A DNA stretch of 50,055 nt from Candidatus Nanoarchaeia archaeon (lineage in GTDB: Archaea > Nanobdellota > Nanobdellia > Woesearchaeales > ARS49): contig DATDPK010000032.1 in assembly GCA_035292785.1 (NCBI GenBank), positions 1 through 50,055 on the forward strand. Reading direction: 5' to 3'. Shown piece by piece: positions 21,976-32,240 of this stretch; the stretch's first letter is position 1, and the number at the start of each line of letters is the position of its first letter. The translations under genes were made by a program, and so were the position numbers. The notes below the pieces were generated by a model, which worked only from the letters and a program-made list of their open reading frames with translations, searched no databases and was not told the origin of the DNA.

Positions 21976-23240
21976 AGATTTCCACTTCTAAGAAAACGCT
22001 TAGTTTCCTTCTTATAAAGCTCAACAGCAGGCTGGCCAAACGGGTTAACGCCAAGAAGCTTTCCAAGAAGAATTGTTTCAATCATCTTCATCTCCATAAA
22101 CGCGCCAATAGAATTTGCATTCTTTCCATCGAGCCTTGTCTCTGTAAAAGGCCTTTTACTTTTTGCAAACGCCTTCTTTGTTCCCTTTACTATCGCGTGA
22201 ATTATGTGATTAAGCTCTTTCTTCTGCAAGTCAGGCACCAACGCATCATACTCAGGATAACTTGGCACTTTTATCATCTCATTAAAATGAGTTATGATAA
22301 AATTAGTGAACTTGTCCTGAGGACCGTCAAGATATAACTGCGCAACGCTGTGAAGGTCAGTGCTTCCAATGCTTACTGTGGGAGTAATTCCCTTTCCATC
22401 TTTTCCCAAACTCTCTGCCAACAATTGCCTGTGCCATTTGCCCAAACTCTCAAGGTCAGATGCAAAGAAAAAATTGTCGTAAATATTCCTTCCTGACTTG
22501 TTGTGCAGATAGATTAAGGCTGCATTAATTGCAGCAGGACCATTAATTGACAAACATTTTCTTCTCATTTCTGCAGCGCCATCAAGCAGTTCTTTCAAAT
22601 TTATTCCAAGCATCCCGAGAGGAAACAAGCCAACTGCTGAAAAGACACTATATCTTCCGCCAACTTTCTCAGGAATTTCCAACAATGAGAAATTGTTTTT
22701 CATTCCTAAATTCCATAATTTGCTGCCCTTGTCGGTCGTGACAATAACATACTTGGCTGCGTCCTTCCTATGCCTTCGCAAAACATTCAACAGAACTTCA
22801 AAATTTGCAACTGTTTCTGTTGTACTGCCGCTCTTGCTGACAATATTAAGAATTACCTGCTTTCCCTGGCGCAAAACAGCCTGCATTTCTGCAATGATGA
22901 CCTGCAAAGCATCAGGGTCAACAGTATCCGCATACATAATCCTCGGTTCATTATGCAGATTCCACTGCCTGCCAAGCAAAGCTTCCTGAACTGCAATCGT
23001 GCCCAGATTACTGCCGCCAATTCCAACAACAATGATTAATTTTGGATTAAGCCTTTTTTTCAGTGAAACAGCAGCATCAATTATCCTGAACTGCTGTTCA
23101 TCAATCGGAAGATTAATGCACCCTCTTTCACCCTGATAGCTTGCAGAACTCAATTTATCAATCTCAGGAGAGAGCTTTTTCAATACAGCATTCAGCTTTG
23201 CTTTCGCAATCAATGCCTTGTCATATTTGAGTGCTATCAT
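21972..23240 (-). CDS. pgi: Glucose-6-phosphate isomerase
   Basis: VVGIGGSNLG, SKSGSTTET and GGRYSVFSAVGL are signatures of the PGI family. Confidence 0.9.
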   Translation of the reverse strand: MIALKYDKALIAKAKLNAVLKKLSPEIDKLSSASYQGERGCINLPIDEQQFRIIDAAVSLKKRLNPKLIIVVGIGGSNLGTIAVQEALLGRQWNLHNEPRIMYADTVDPDALQVIIAEMQAVLRQGKQVILNIVSKSGSTTETVANFEVLLNVLRRHRKDAAKYVIVTTDKGSKLWNLGMKNNFSLLEIPEKVGGRYSVFSAVGLFPLGMLGINLKELLDGAAEMRRKCLSINGPAAINAALIYLHNKSGRNIYDNFFFASDLESLGKWHRQLLAESLGKDGKGITPTVSIGSTDLHSVAQLYLDGPQDKFTNFIITHFNEMIKVPSYPEYDALVPDLQKKELNHIIHAIVKGTKKAFAKSKRPFTETRLDGKNANSIGAFMEMKMIETILLGKLLGVNPFGQPAVELYKKETKRFLRSGNL

Positions 23241-23245
23241 TTTTT

Positions 23246-26200
23246 TTAACAGTTTGGATCATAGTACGGCGAATCAGTCACTGCAGTAAACGTATACGTG
23301 ACATTTTTAGCGCCCGGCGGGGTGAGCGGGACTGAGAACGTATAGTTCAGGTGGACATGGAGCTCCTCCCCCGCCGAGACGTTTTTATGAATATTAAGCT
23401 GTGCGCCTGTATTCGGCACAGTGATGAAATTCAATGCAAGATTGCAGCTGGAACTTTGCGAAGACGAATTTGTTCCATTCAACCTTACCTGCTGAATGCA
23501 GCCGCTCTCAAACGGACAGCCGGATGCAGAAACATTCAATCCAAACGAGATTGTGCCGTTATTCCTGAGAGCATATGCAGTATCATTATTGGCGACAACA
23601 GTGCAACCACTCGCATTAGAAAGATTGTCGCTTCTGAAAGTGCAAATGACTGACTGCTGCAAAGTAATATTTGCGGTATAATCGCCCTGCAACACGACAA
23701 GATCAGCCACTGGCGTTGAATTTTCAGAACTGCTGAAGTTGGTGAAACGAGTTACATTGTAGATGTACGTGAAGCCGTCAAAGCTGTCTTCTGTGCAGAT
23801 TGATGAAGGGCAGTCTTCATACGGCAAAGTACTGCTTAGATTATACATCGGCTTCGGGTCAGTGAAAGTAATGTTAAAGAAAACGAGCTGAGCGGTTGTG
23901 TTGAATGCCGAGAACGTGCTGGAATTGAGTTTGGTGTTATTTCGGCTGATGTTCATAAACACCTGCGTGAGGTCGGTTGCTGTCGGAGTGTATTCTATAG
24001 TGCCGTTAAAGCGTATGCTTCCATTGGCATTTGCAAATGTGGTGTTGGTGAAATTGTTATTTGAGCCGGCAGCAGCATCAATCCAAATAAGATTTGTTCC
24101 ATCGCTTGCATTCACGACAGTCCTGTTGAAATGCTGGTTGCTCGAGCTGACAACATAGAACAGGGCGCCAGCTCCACGTTGCACTATGAACGTATTGTTC
24201 TGATATGAATTGTTAACTGCGACGACTGCTTCAACAGCAAGCGCACGCACGTCAGTACTGGCGCTGAAAATAGTAACATTGTTGTTTGTGATATTGCTGG
24301 CAGCTGTTGCCGCGGTTGTAGCAATAATAATGCCTCGCGATGAGACGCCTGTAGCATTGACAAATACAGTGTTATTTTCAATTGAGTTTTTGTGATTAAC
24401 ACTGGTGCCTCCTATCTCTATGCCGGTAACGCTGTTTGTGCCGTTCACACTGATATTATTGAAACGCGCTGTGTTATTAACAACATTTGTAGCCACGATT
24501 CTCAATCCAATTGTGGCTGTTCCGCCGGAACGCGCGCGGATAGTATTGTTTTCAACAAGAATTCCAATGATTAGGTTTGCTATTCCAGCATTGGCTATTG
24601 TTAGAATGATGCCGTGGTCGCTGCCAGTGCCGTTGGTATCGACTGTGTTGTTATTAACAGTTCCATTAAAGATAAGCTGTTCAATCACTATTCCCCTGTT
24701 GCTTGAGCTTGTTCCGTTTGTGCGGACTAAGTTATGTTCAATCCTGAATCGCATTGCAGTAGCAGCTGCGCTGCTTAAAAGTATGCCGTCATTGGCAGAT
24801 GTTCCATTTGTTGTTATGTTGTTGTAACGGATTACTGGGTCTACAATGTTGCCTGTTGCGTGTATTCCCCTGTTACCGACTGATGTTCCACTTGAGAATA
24901 TCGTGTTATTCTCCAATGTGACATTGCGAGGGCCTCCGTTCAGCTGAATGCCGTAATTGTCGTTTGTTCCAAAAGTAGATATTGTATTGTTAACCGCGCT
25001 GGCATTTTCAAAATTGCCAAATTGTATTCCTACATTGTTCGCGCCTGAGCCATTGGTTGCAACGCTGTTATTAAAAATAGTGATATTGGCACCAGAAGCA
25101 ACGCTTGCCCTGATGCCTAACCCGCCGTGCGCAGTTCCTGCGCGCCTGCTCTGGTTGCCAGTCATTATTGTATTATTCTCTATATGGATAAACCGTGCGT
25201 TTTGTACTATTTCAATACCATCTCCACTGGCGCCTCCTGTGTCAACAGTGTTATTAATTATCGTTATGTTCTCGATAAAGTCAGGGAAGGTAGTTCCCGT
25301 AATCTCTATACCGTCGCTTGCTCCACGTGTTCCAACAAAATTGCCAACAATAGTGATATTTCCTGCGCCGCTTAAGAGATTGATTCCAAAATGGCTGTTT
25401 CCTGCGACAGGCGAACGGACTCCTGTTTCAATGGTGTTGTTTGCAATAAGAGTGTTGAAAATATGCGTGACGAGGCGCACGCCTTCCTGGCTGTTGCTGC
25501 TTCCATTGGTAGTAACGCGGTTGAAGGTGATATTAACGCCTTTAATTTCGTGGCCTGCTGTCGCGGCGTCAAGATAAATGCCGTAATTGATTAAACTGCC
25601 ATTGGTGGTGATGTTATTCTGGGTAATAGTACTGTTTGAGTTGTTGTCCTCAAAAAAGATGCCGTAATTAGCGTCAGTGCCGTTACTGAAAATAACATTG
25701 CCGGCTATCCTGTTGTCGAAGTTTCTGGCATTAGCGATGGCAGAGAAATAAATTCCTACATTGTTCGTGCTGCTTCCACGCGCCCTAATAGTGTTGTTTT
25801 CAATCAGGTTATTAGTTATGTTGTTCCTGAGGAACATTCCGTAACCGTTTGTTGTGCTGTTGGTATGAATAGTGTTATTGTAATAACTGCCGTCCTGCAC
25901 GTCGTGCATATCAATGGCAACTCCCTGTGAGCCTCCTGCATTTACGTCGATTATTATGCAGTTCCTGACAGTGATATTGGTCTTGTTGTTAGCAACAACG
26001 CCGTCTCCGCCAGTTCCTCCAGAGTCATACGTGATTGTGAAACCGTTGCACTCAAGGAAAATGTTATCTGCGCCAAACGTGATGCAAGTGCCTGCTGAGC
26101 TGATGTTTGCTCCTAATGTACTGCTGTTTGAAATAGTTCCACAGGCATTAATCGTTGTTTCAGCACTGCTGTAATTTGTGAATCTGGTAACATTGTAAAC

Positions 26201-29200
26201 ATAAACATTGTTTGCAAAGCTGACTTCAGTGCAAATGCTTGCTGAGCAATTGATGAAAGTACCGTCATCCTCAAAATCAACAATCGGCTGGGGGTTCAGG
26301 AAAGTAATGCTGCGCAAAATAATTTGAGCGCTCAAATTCAAGAAAGACAAGTTAGTACTGTTAAGGAATGCGTTGTTAAATGAAATGTCCAGATTGCTTG
26401 TATTAACGCTTGTAACATTAGGCATTGTATAATTAGAAAGTATCCTTATGCTGCCGTTTGTAGCGTTAAATGTTGTGTTTGAAAAGTTGTTGCCGGTGCT
26501 TGTGGCTCCTGTGACTTTCCATACAAATCCAACTTCAATAGTTGTGTTGGAAAAACTGTTGTTTTCACTTGTGCCGGCAAAAGTGAGCGCTGAGAAAGCG
26601 CCTGAAGTGTCATCGCTTTCTGTGGTGGTATTGGCGAATGTGTTGCTAAAACTGTTGGTGAGCAAGATGCCGTTCTGGCTGTCGCTTTTCGCCCTGTTAA
26701 ACCTGAAAGTGTTACTTGAACTTCCGATAAGCTCTATGCCTGAGCTTGATGTGCTGTTGGCAGTATTGTTCTCAAAGAAGTTGCTGCTAGCGCTGTTTAT
26801 TATTATCGCCCTGGCAGCGTTGGCTATCACAGTGTTGTTTATCAGAGTGTTGCTGTTGGCAACTATGTTAATACCCTGGCTGGTGGTTGAGTTTATGAAA
26901 TTGCCCCTGAAAATGTTGCTGGAGTCCGCCAGCTGGACCCCCTGTGCGCCAGTAATTGTGTTATTCGTTACATTGTTGCTCGAACCTGAAAGCATAGAAA
27001 TGCTCGCTGAAGTGCTGTTAAGCGCGCTGTTGTTGAAAATCGTGCTTGTAAGCGTGCTGCTGAACAAAATATTGTTGGTGAAATTGGTTATGAAGCAATT
27101 CTTGATTGTAATGTTTTCCCTGCTTGTTGAATTTACTCCAACTCCAGAATTGTTTCCCCTTAATGTGAATCCTTCGCAATCAAGCTGAATATTGTCGTTG
27201 CCAATAGTAATACAGGACTGCTGCTCAGTCAAGTTTGCTGAAACGTTCTGGCTAACAATTGCGCTGCTGTTAAGCGTTATAGGGCAGGAAGTAATGTTTA
27301 TTGTGGGCACAATAACTGTTGTCATCTCAATTGCAGTAGTGTTAAGCCTGCTGCCGGTCTCATTCGTGAAAGAAACATTTGCCCTGTTTGTTATTATGGT
27401 GCCATTAGCTGTTGTGTCGTTAATCAGAACACTGATGTTCACCCGGAATGTCTGGTTTTCAGTAAGATTGCCGATTGAGAAATGATTATTTGTTCCGGAA
27501 TCAGCGGTGGGCTCGCTGCTGATGAAAATAACCTGCGAAGGATAAGTATCGTTTACTGTAATATTGGTTGCATTGCCCTTGCTTGCATTAATGAAAATAG
27601 TGTAATTCAAAGTCCCGCTGATGTTGACAGGGTCAGGATTATCAGTCTTGTTGACAAAGAGAATGCTTGCAAATGCCCCGAATGTGCTGAAATTTGTAAT
27701 GTTGGCAAAAACAATGTTGTTGGCCGCGTCCAAACCACTGCTCTGGAAAAAGTTCTCATCAAACCACATATTCTCCGAGTCATTAAACCTCCAAATCCTG
27801 ATGGTGTTTTCTGGCATACCGGTTATTTCAGACTGGAAATAAGTTATGTTAAGGAAAAGCCAGCTTGTAGCAGTATTGTTTGTAACATTGACAAACTTGT
27901 TGAGACTAATCTGCGCAGGATTGTTGACATTTGCCCTGGATTCTGTATTAAGAACTCCCTTGATACTTGTTCCGTTGAAATCTTCAAAGCTAATGTTGAT
28001 ATTGTTGCGAACGAGCGTGAGGTTGATGACAACGTTGTTCTGGGGGGTTGTAGTTTCAAATAATGAGTTCCATTCGTTACTGGTCTGCTGGGATACATTG
28101 ACAAGATTGAATGTGAATAAATTGTCTATGCTTCCATTCACCTGGATACCGTGCGACGCTGCTCCGAGAGTCGTTATACTGTTCGAGGTGAAATTGTTGT
28201 CATCGGCGCCAGTGAGCGTTGCAATGCCGTGGCTGCTTGTTCCATTGGTGGTGATGTTATTTGAATTGAATACAGCGTCGACACTGTTGCCGCCAAAAGC
28301 AACATAAAGTCCGTAATTTTCCTGTGTGCCGTTTGTGGTAATTGTGTTTTGTCTGATAGTTGAGTTGCCGCCAGAAAAGACAAGTCCCCAATTTCTGCCT
28401 CCGAGGCCATATGCAGAGAACGTATTATTTTCAATGAGGCTGTCTTGGCTTGAAGGTAAATAAGCTGCAACGTTGAAAAATGAACCTCTTGTTGAAACGT
28501 TATTGCCAACAACCGTGAGGTTACTCATTGAGCCGAATTCTAGCGCGAGATTGGTAAAACCTGTGCCGTTCGCCTCAATGGTATTATTGATTATGCTTAC
28601 ATTGTTCATAGCATTCATGTGGATACCGTGGTTTGCAGTGTCACCGTTTGAGCGCAGAGTGTTATTAATGATAAGAGAATGATTGCTGAACTGGCCTGAA
28701 AATAATATTGGAATGCCGAAGTCTCCTGCTATTGTGGGCTTGTACATGCCGCAATTGCGTATGGTGATATTGGTTAATCCTGCAGTGACATTGACACCGA
28801 GACTCAAATCGCTTCCGCCTGTTCCGAACGTGATATTGAACCCATTGCAGTCCAACTCAACATTGCTCACAGTAATATTCATACAGGTGCCTGCAGCAGT
28901 CACGCTGGTGCTCAGAATATACCTGTCGCTTGAACTCATATTCGTGCAGGCGCTTATGCTTACATCGTTAAACGCATAATCAACATCATCGCCAAACGTG
29001 AACTGCAAAGTGTGCTTGCCTGTTGTCAACACTTTGCTGGTCTCACTGCCAGTTTCATCACAGCTATAATTCTCAGCGTGAACCGTGATGTTATCAAACG
29101 AATGTGGGAAAGTGCTATTGCCACACTTCAGGTCCAAGAATTCAAGGTCTTCGCCAAATACAGTGCCGTTAATTCCAGTGATGCTGAGATTTGCAGTGCC

Positions 29201-30100
29201 TGTGGTGTTGAAAAAGACAGTCCAATTGCCGCCCAATGTAGGATAACTCTGGACGTTGATGATTGTTATTCCGAATTCGTATGACTCAGGCTCGCTGCCA
29301 ATATGAAGAATGAAATGAGGAATCTTGGCTTTAGGAGGAACGCCATCCAACGGAATTGAAATGCTGATGTTCTTCTTTGGCTTTGCCTTGTCGCTCATAG
29401 TCACTATGGCGCCTTCAACCCAGGCAGGCAGGTCCTCGCTTGCATTATGATAAAACTCAATCACAAAATCATTGCCCCTTCTGCCAACAAAAGTGAAGTT
29501 AACCTCAAAATCAGGATTGTCGCTTATCTTCCTGCCAACAGTCTCTCCTTGCTCGCTGTAGATATACTCAGAACTTTGCTCTGTATTTTTCTCCTGGCCA
29601 GGAGGCTCTGAAGGCGGAGTTTCAGGCGGTTGTTCCTGCGGTTCAATCACGCGCGGCTCAGCCCTTTCTTCCGCATATTGATTAATAGAACTTCCATAAG
29701 AGGGCTCTTCTTCTTGAGGAGTATCTACCACAAAAGAAAGCGTTTGCTCAGCACTGCTTGAACCATCAGATGCAGTAACAATCAAAGTAAGAGTTCCACT
29801 TGCACTAGGAGCAGGAGTCACAACAAGATTTTTCCCATCAATGTACGCATACAGTTGATCAGGCTCAGAAATCTTGTACTTCATAGGCAAAGGCCCTGCA
29901 AAAGACTCATCCAAGTTCAATTTTAGAGCAACACCTTCTGCCAAATAATACGTTGTCTGCTCGTCAGTCCACACAGGACCATAATCTGCGAAGTAACTGC
30001 CAGTGATATTTGGGCTTTGAAGGACAAACAAAGTGGCAGCGCTGGCTAACACTATAAGAAGAAGTGCAAATAAGTCCCTTGGCTTCAAGCCGGCACCCAA
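23246..30100 (-). CDS. Giant (2284 aa) secreted/anchored surface protein with three right-handed parallel beta-helix (PbH1/NosD-like) modules; extremely rich in N-glycosylation sequons
   Basis: TTG start at 30098-30100 and an N-terminal TM/signal (LFALLLIVLASAATLFVL). An Ig-like domain and a P/E linker follow. Each of three modules opens with C.....N..L.C.GF(N/T)(I/L) and is filled with ..NNTI..NG(T/S)...GI.. repeats. Confidence 0.9.
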   Translation of the reverse strand: MGAGLKPRDLFALLLIVLASAATLFVLQSPNITGSYFADYGPVWTDEQTTYYLAEGVALKLNLDESFAGPLPMKYKISEPDQLYAYIDGKNLVVTPAPSASGTLTLIVTASDGSSSAEQTLSFVVDTPQEEEPSYGSSINQYAEERAEPRVIEPQEQPPETPPSEPPGQEKNTEQSSEYIYSEQGETVGRKISDNPDFEVNFTFVGRRGNDFVIEFYHNASEDLPAWVEGAIVTMSDKAKPKKNISISIPLDGVPPKAKIPHFILHIGSEPESYEFGITIINVQSYPTLGGNWTVFFNTTGTANLSITGINGTVFGEDLEFLDLKCGNSTFPHSFDNITVHAENYSCDETGSETSKVLTTGKHTLQFTFGDDVDYAFNDVSISACTNMSSSDRYILSTSVTAAGTCMNITVSNVELDCNGFNITFGTGGSDLSLGVNVTAGLTNITIRNCGMYKPTIAGDFGIPILFSGQFSNHSLIINNTLRSNGDTANHGIHMNAMNNVSIINNTIEANGTGFTNLALEFGSMSNLTVVGNNVSTRGSFFNVAAYLPSSQDSLIENNTFSAYGLGGRNWGLVFSGGNSTIRQNTITTNGTQENYGLYVAFGGNSVDAVFNSNNITTNGTSSHGIATLTGADDNNFTSNSITTLGAASHGIQVNGSIDNLFTFNLVNVSQQTSNEWNSLFETTTPQNNVVINLTLVRNNINISFEDFNGTSIKGVLNTESRANVNNPAQISLNKFVNVTNNTATSWLFLNITYFQSEITGMPENTIRIWRFNDSENMWFDENFFQSSGLDAANNIVFANITNFSTFGAFASILFVNKTDNPDPVNISGTLNYTIFINASKGNATNITVNDTYPSQVIFISSEPTADSGTNNHFSIGNLTENQTFRVNISVLINDTTANGTIITNRANVSFTNETGSRLNTTAIEMTTVIVPTINITSCPITLNSSAIVSQNVSANLTEQQSCITIGNDNIQLDCEGFTLRGNNSGVGVNSTSRENITIKNCFITNFTNNILFSSTLTSTIFNNSALNSTSASISMLSGSSNNVTNNTITGAQGVQLADSSNIFRGNFINSTTSQGINIVANSNTLINNTVIANAARAIIINSASSNFFENNTANSTSSSGIELIGSSSNTFRFNRAKSDSQNGILLTNSFSNTFANTTTESDDTSGAFSALTFAGTSENNSFSNTTIEVGFVWKVTGATSTGNNFSNTTFNATNGSIRILSNYTMPNVTSVNTSNLDISFNNAFLNSTNLSFLNLSAQIILRSITFLNPQPIVDFEDDGTFINCSASICTEVSFANNVYVYNVTRFTNYSSAETTINACGTISNSSTLGANISSAGTCITFGADNIFLECNGFTITYDSGGTGGDGVVANNKTNITVRNCIIIDVNAGGSQGVAIDMHDVQDGSYYNNTIHTNSTTNGYGMFLRNNITNNLIENNTIRARGSSTNNVGIYFSAIANARNFDNRIAGNVIFSNGTDANYGIFFEDNNSNSTITQNNITTNGSLINYGIYLDAATAGHEIKGVNITFNRVTTNGSSNSQEGVRLVTHIFNTLIANNTIETGVRSPVAGNSHFGINLLSGAGNITIVGNFVGTRGASDGIEITGTTFPDFIENITIINNTVDTGGASGDGIEIVQNARFIHIENNTIMTGNQSRRAGTAHGGLGIRASVASGANITIFNNSVATNGSGANNVGIQFGNFENASAVNNTISTFGTNDNYGIQLNGGPRNVTLENNTIFSSGTSVGNRGIHATGNIVDPVIRYNNITTNGTSANDGILLSSAAATAMRFRIEHNLVRTNGTSSSNRGIVIEQLIFNGTVNNNTVDTNGTGSDHGIILTIANAGIANLIIGILVENNTIRARSGGTATIGLRIVATNVVNNTARFNNISVNGTNSVTGIEIGGTSVNHKNSIENNTVFVNATGVSSRGIIIATTAATAASNITNNNVTIFSASTDVRALAVEAVVAVNNSYQNNTFIVQRGAGALFYVVSSSNQHFNRTVVNASDGTNLIWIDAAAGSNNNFTNTTFANANGSIRFNGTIEYTPTATDLTQVFMNISRNNTKLNSSTFSAFNTTAQLVFFNITFTDPKPMYNLSSTLPYEDCPSSICTEDSFDGFTYIYNVTRFTNFSSSENSTPVADLVVLQGDYTANITLQQSVICTFRSDNLSNASGCTVVANNDTAYALRNNGTISFGLNVSASGCPFESGCIQQVRLNGTNSSSQSSSCNLALNFITVPNTGAQLNIHKNVSAGEELHVHLNYTFSVPLTPPGAKNVTYTFTAVTDSPYYDPNC

Positions 30101-30108
30101 AGGGTGCC
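30092..30108 (-). promoter_or_regulatory. GC-rich hairpin enclosing the TTG start codon of the giant gene
   Basis: The minus strand reads GGCACCC-UUU-GGGUGCC (7-bp stem). The start UUG is formed by loop nucleotides 2-3 plus the first G of the 3' arm. Confidence 0.5.
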
Positions 30109-30258
30109 TACCGTAGTGTCAATACTATTATCCCAATCCATGTCCCCCTTTTTCCTAAGCCAAAAATGCTTAATTCCTTTTTAAATGTTATGGAAACCGC
30201 AACACTTTTAAACCCATATTGGAATTTAGATAATAAATAATCAAAAGAGGTGTATGTT

Positions 30259-30573
30259 ATGGCAAAAGATTCAACAAGCAAAGTATTTGCATTTTTGGCA
30301 ATATTCTTAGGACTGATAGGATTTGTATTAGTGCTGATTGCGCGAAGAAAGGACAAGTACGCAATGTACTACGCAAAGCAAAGCCTTGTATTATCGCTTG
30401 CAGCAATTATCGTACAATTTGGATTGGCAATAACTGTAATAGGAGCAGTCCTAATCCCAATTTTGTGGATACTGATAGTAATCTTATGGGTGCTTGGCCT
30501 TGTTTACTCAGTAAGCGGACACATGAAGCCAATACCACTCGTCGGCAGGTTTGCTGAGAAATTAAAATTTTAA
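30259..30573 (+). CDS. DUF4870-like small membrane protein
   Basis: The ATG at 30259 follows AGAGGTG plus a 6-nt spacer; the ORF track start at 30250 is GTG. It has 3 TM helices and a KVFAFLAIFLGLIGFVLVLIARRKDKYAMYYAKQSL pattern. Confidence 0.55.
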   Translation: MAKDSTSKVFAFLAIFLGLIGFVLVLIARRKDKYAMYYAKQSLVLSLAAIIVQFGLAITVIGAVLIPILWILIVILWVLGLVYSVSGHMKPIPLVGRFAEKLKF

Positions 30574-30582
30574 TTTTTTAAT

Positions 30583-31266
30583 TTAATTATTTTCGAATTT
30601 GATTAATCTTTCTTCTTTTTCTTCCATCACGACCTGATGAATCTTTGAAACAGCATTCAAATGCTCCTTAAGAAGATAATAATCAGAAGGAATAATCCTG
30701 TCAGGAGGCAAATTCTTCAAATCAAACCACTCAATCTTGCCCTCTTCGCCTTCTGTGAGCTTTCCGCCCTTTGGATTCAAGACAACAAGAAACAAAATGA
30801 AAGCGTGCTTGTATACGCCATTCTCGTGAACCCTTTCGTGAATAACAGCAGCAACGTGGGAGAAAGTGCACTCCAAGCCGGTTTCCTCTTTTGCTTCTCT
30901 GAGCGCACATTCTTCAATACTCTCTTCAAGCTTTAACTTGCCGCCAACCAGACCCCAATAGCCCTGATAAGGCCTCTTGTTTCTTTTCAGCATCAAAATC
31001 TTGTTCTTGTCAACAATTGTTCCAAGCACAACAGGCATAACACCCCTCTCCTTGCCGGTAATATGCGTGAAAAAAGGAATTTTGCTCTCAGAATGCGCAG
31101 TCAAGACATAATCATCCTCATCTTTTTTAAGTTCACCATCCTTGACCATTGATTCAAGATGATACGCCAAAGTATTGCTCTTGATGCCCAAAGCCTTCTC
31201 TATCTCAGAAAACCTCAACCGCTTGCTCTTTATGAAAAGCTCAAAAATCCTGTGCTTTATGTCCAT
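30583..31266 (-). CDS. Winged-helix (ArsR-like) DNA-binding domain fused to a NUDIX hydrolase
   Basis: N-terminus LRFSEIEKALGIKSNTLAYHLESMVKDGEL. Intact Nudix box GKLKLEESIEECALREAKEETGL (Gx5Ex7REUxEExGU). Confidence 0.8.
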   Translation of the reverse strand: MDIKHRIFELFIKSKRLRFSEIEKALGIKSNTLAYHLESMVKDGELKKDEDDYVLTAHSESKIPFFTHITGKERGVMPVVLGTIVDKNKILMLKRNKRPYQGYWGLVGGKLKLEESIEECALREAKEETGLECTFSHVAAVIHERVHENGVYKHAFILFLVVLNPKGGKLTEGEEGKIEWFDLKNLPPDRIIPSDYYLLKEHLNAVSKIHQVVMEEKEERLIKFENN

Positions 31267-31267
31267 A

Positions 31268-31990
31268 TCAATGCACCAGAATGGAGTGTTTTAAATTATT
31301 TTCGACGATTTCGAGCAGTTCTTCTATACTGTTAAGCTCATAATCAGCTTTCACTGATATCGGTTTCAGCTTATGGCTCGAGGTCATAGGGGCAGAAAAA
31401 CCATACTTTGCAAAAGCAGCCAGCATTCCCAACGCCTTTGCACCGGCAACATCCTTGTCAGGCCAATCGCCAATATGCAAAACCTCTTCAGGCAGGACGC
31501 CAAATTTTTCAATAGCTTTCCTGAACGGCTCAGAATTCGGTTTTTTCTGGCCAGTATCATCAAAAGCGACAACTGTGTCAAACAATTCTGCAATATCAAT
31601 CTCAGTGAGCCTTGTCCAAACCTGCAATATCGGAGCATCAGAAACAATGGCAAGCTTCAAACCTAATTGCTTGAGTTTGCTCACCGTTTCAACAACACCA
31701 GGATACGGCTTCGCATTTTTTATTCTCGCTTTCCTATAAGCAACAATTCCTGCAGCCAAAACCTTGTAGTCAATTGCCTTATGAGTCCTCATCAAGAATT
31801 CGTGCAAAATCTGCTGGTGCTCAATACCATACTGGTCATAAAGCTCATACAGCAATTTCTGCGCTTCATCCTTGTCAAGCTTCATTCCAGCCCCTATCAT
31901 TGCCTCTATCGCTGCATCGCTGGCAGCAGACTTCATCTTCCTGAAATCAATCAAGGTGTTATCCAAATCAAACAATATTGCTTTTATCAT
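31268..31990 (-). CDS. HAD-superfamily hydrolase (subfamily IA)
   Basis: Motif I ILFDLDNTLI, motif II IVSDA, motif IV HIGDWPDKDVAGA. The stop is 1 nt from the downstream Nudix gene ATG. Confidence 0.8.
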   Translation of the reverse strand: MIKAILFDLDNTLIDFRKMKSAASDAAIEAMIGAGMKLDKDEAQKLLYELYDQYGIEHQQILHEFLMRTHKAIDYKVLAAGIVAYRKARIKNAKPYPGVVETVSKLKQLGLKLAIVSDAPILQVWTRLTEIDIAELFDTVVAFDDTGQKKPNSEPFRKAIEKFGVLPEEVLHIGDWPDKDVAGAKALGMLAAFAKYGFSAPMTSSHKLKPISVKADYELNSIEELLEIVENNLKHSILVH

Positions 31991-32103
31991 GTTAATTTAG
32001 AAAGTGAGGCAGATTAATATTCATTCGCTCTCAGCGGTTTGACTCAAAAAAGTTTGAGAAGTAAAAATAAAATAAAAAAATCTTACTGGCGGTAACTTTC
32101 TTC

Positions 32104-32187
32104 TTAAAAGAAGAAGTACCAGAGGAGGATGATGACTACGATGCCAATCACCCACCAGGCCCATTTAGGTAATGCTCCTTGTTTCAT
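32104..32187 (-). CDS. Candidate 27-aa single-TM micro-protein (unannotated)
   Basis: ATG at 32187 gives MKQGALPKWAWWVIGIVVIILLWYFFF. TATA-like AAGTTTAAGAATAGG lies about 29 nt upstream. A T-rich tract follows the stop. Confidence 0.3.
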   Translation of the reverse strand: MKQGALPKWAWWVIGIVVIILLWYFFF

Positions 32188-32240
32188 AACACACAAAACA
32201 GCAGACCTATTCTTAAACTTTGTTTGTTACGGGATAGTTG

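Noticed and set aside
23351-29284. Many long plus-strand ORFs inside the giant gene, for example 26448..27188 (246 aa), 24957..25577 (206 aa), 27482..28063, 27846..28307 and 24405..24827.
   Set aside because: They are antisense shadows of the 2284-aa minus-strand gene. Their products are low-complexity L/V/P/S strings with no signals. The sense gene is continuous and has coherent domain repeats.
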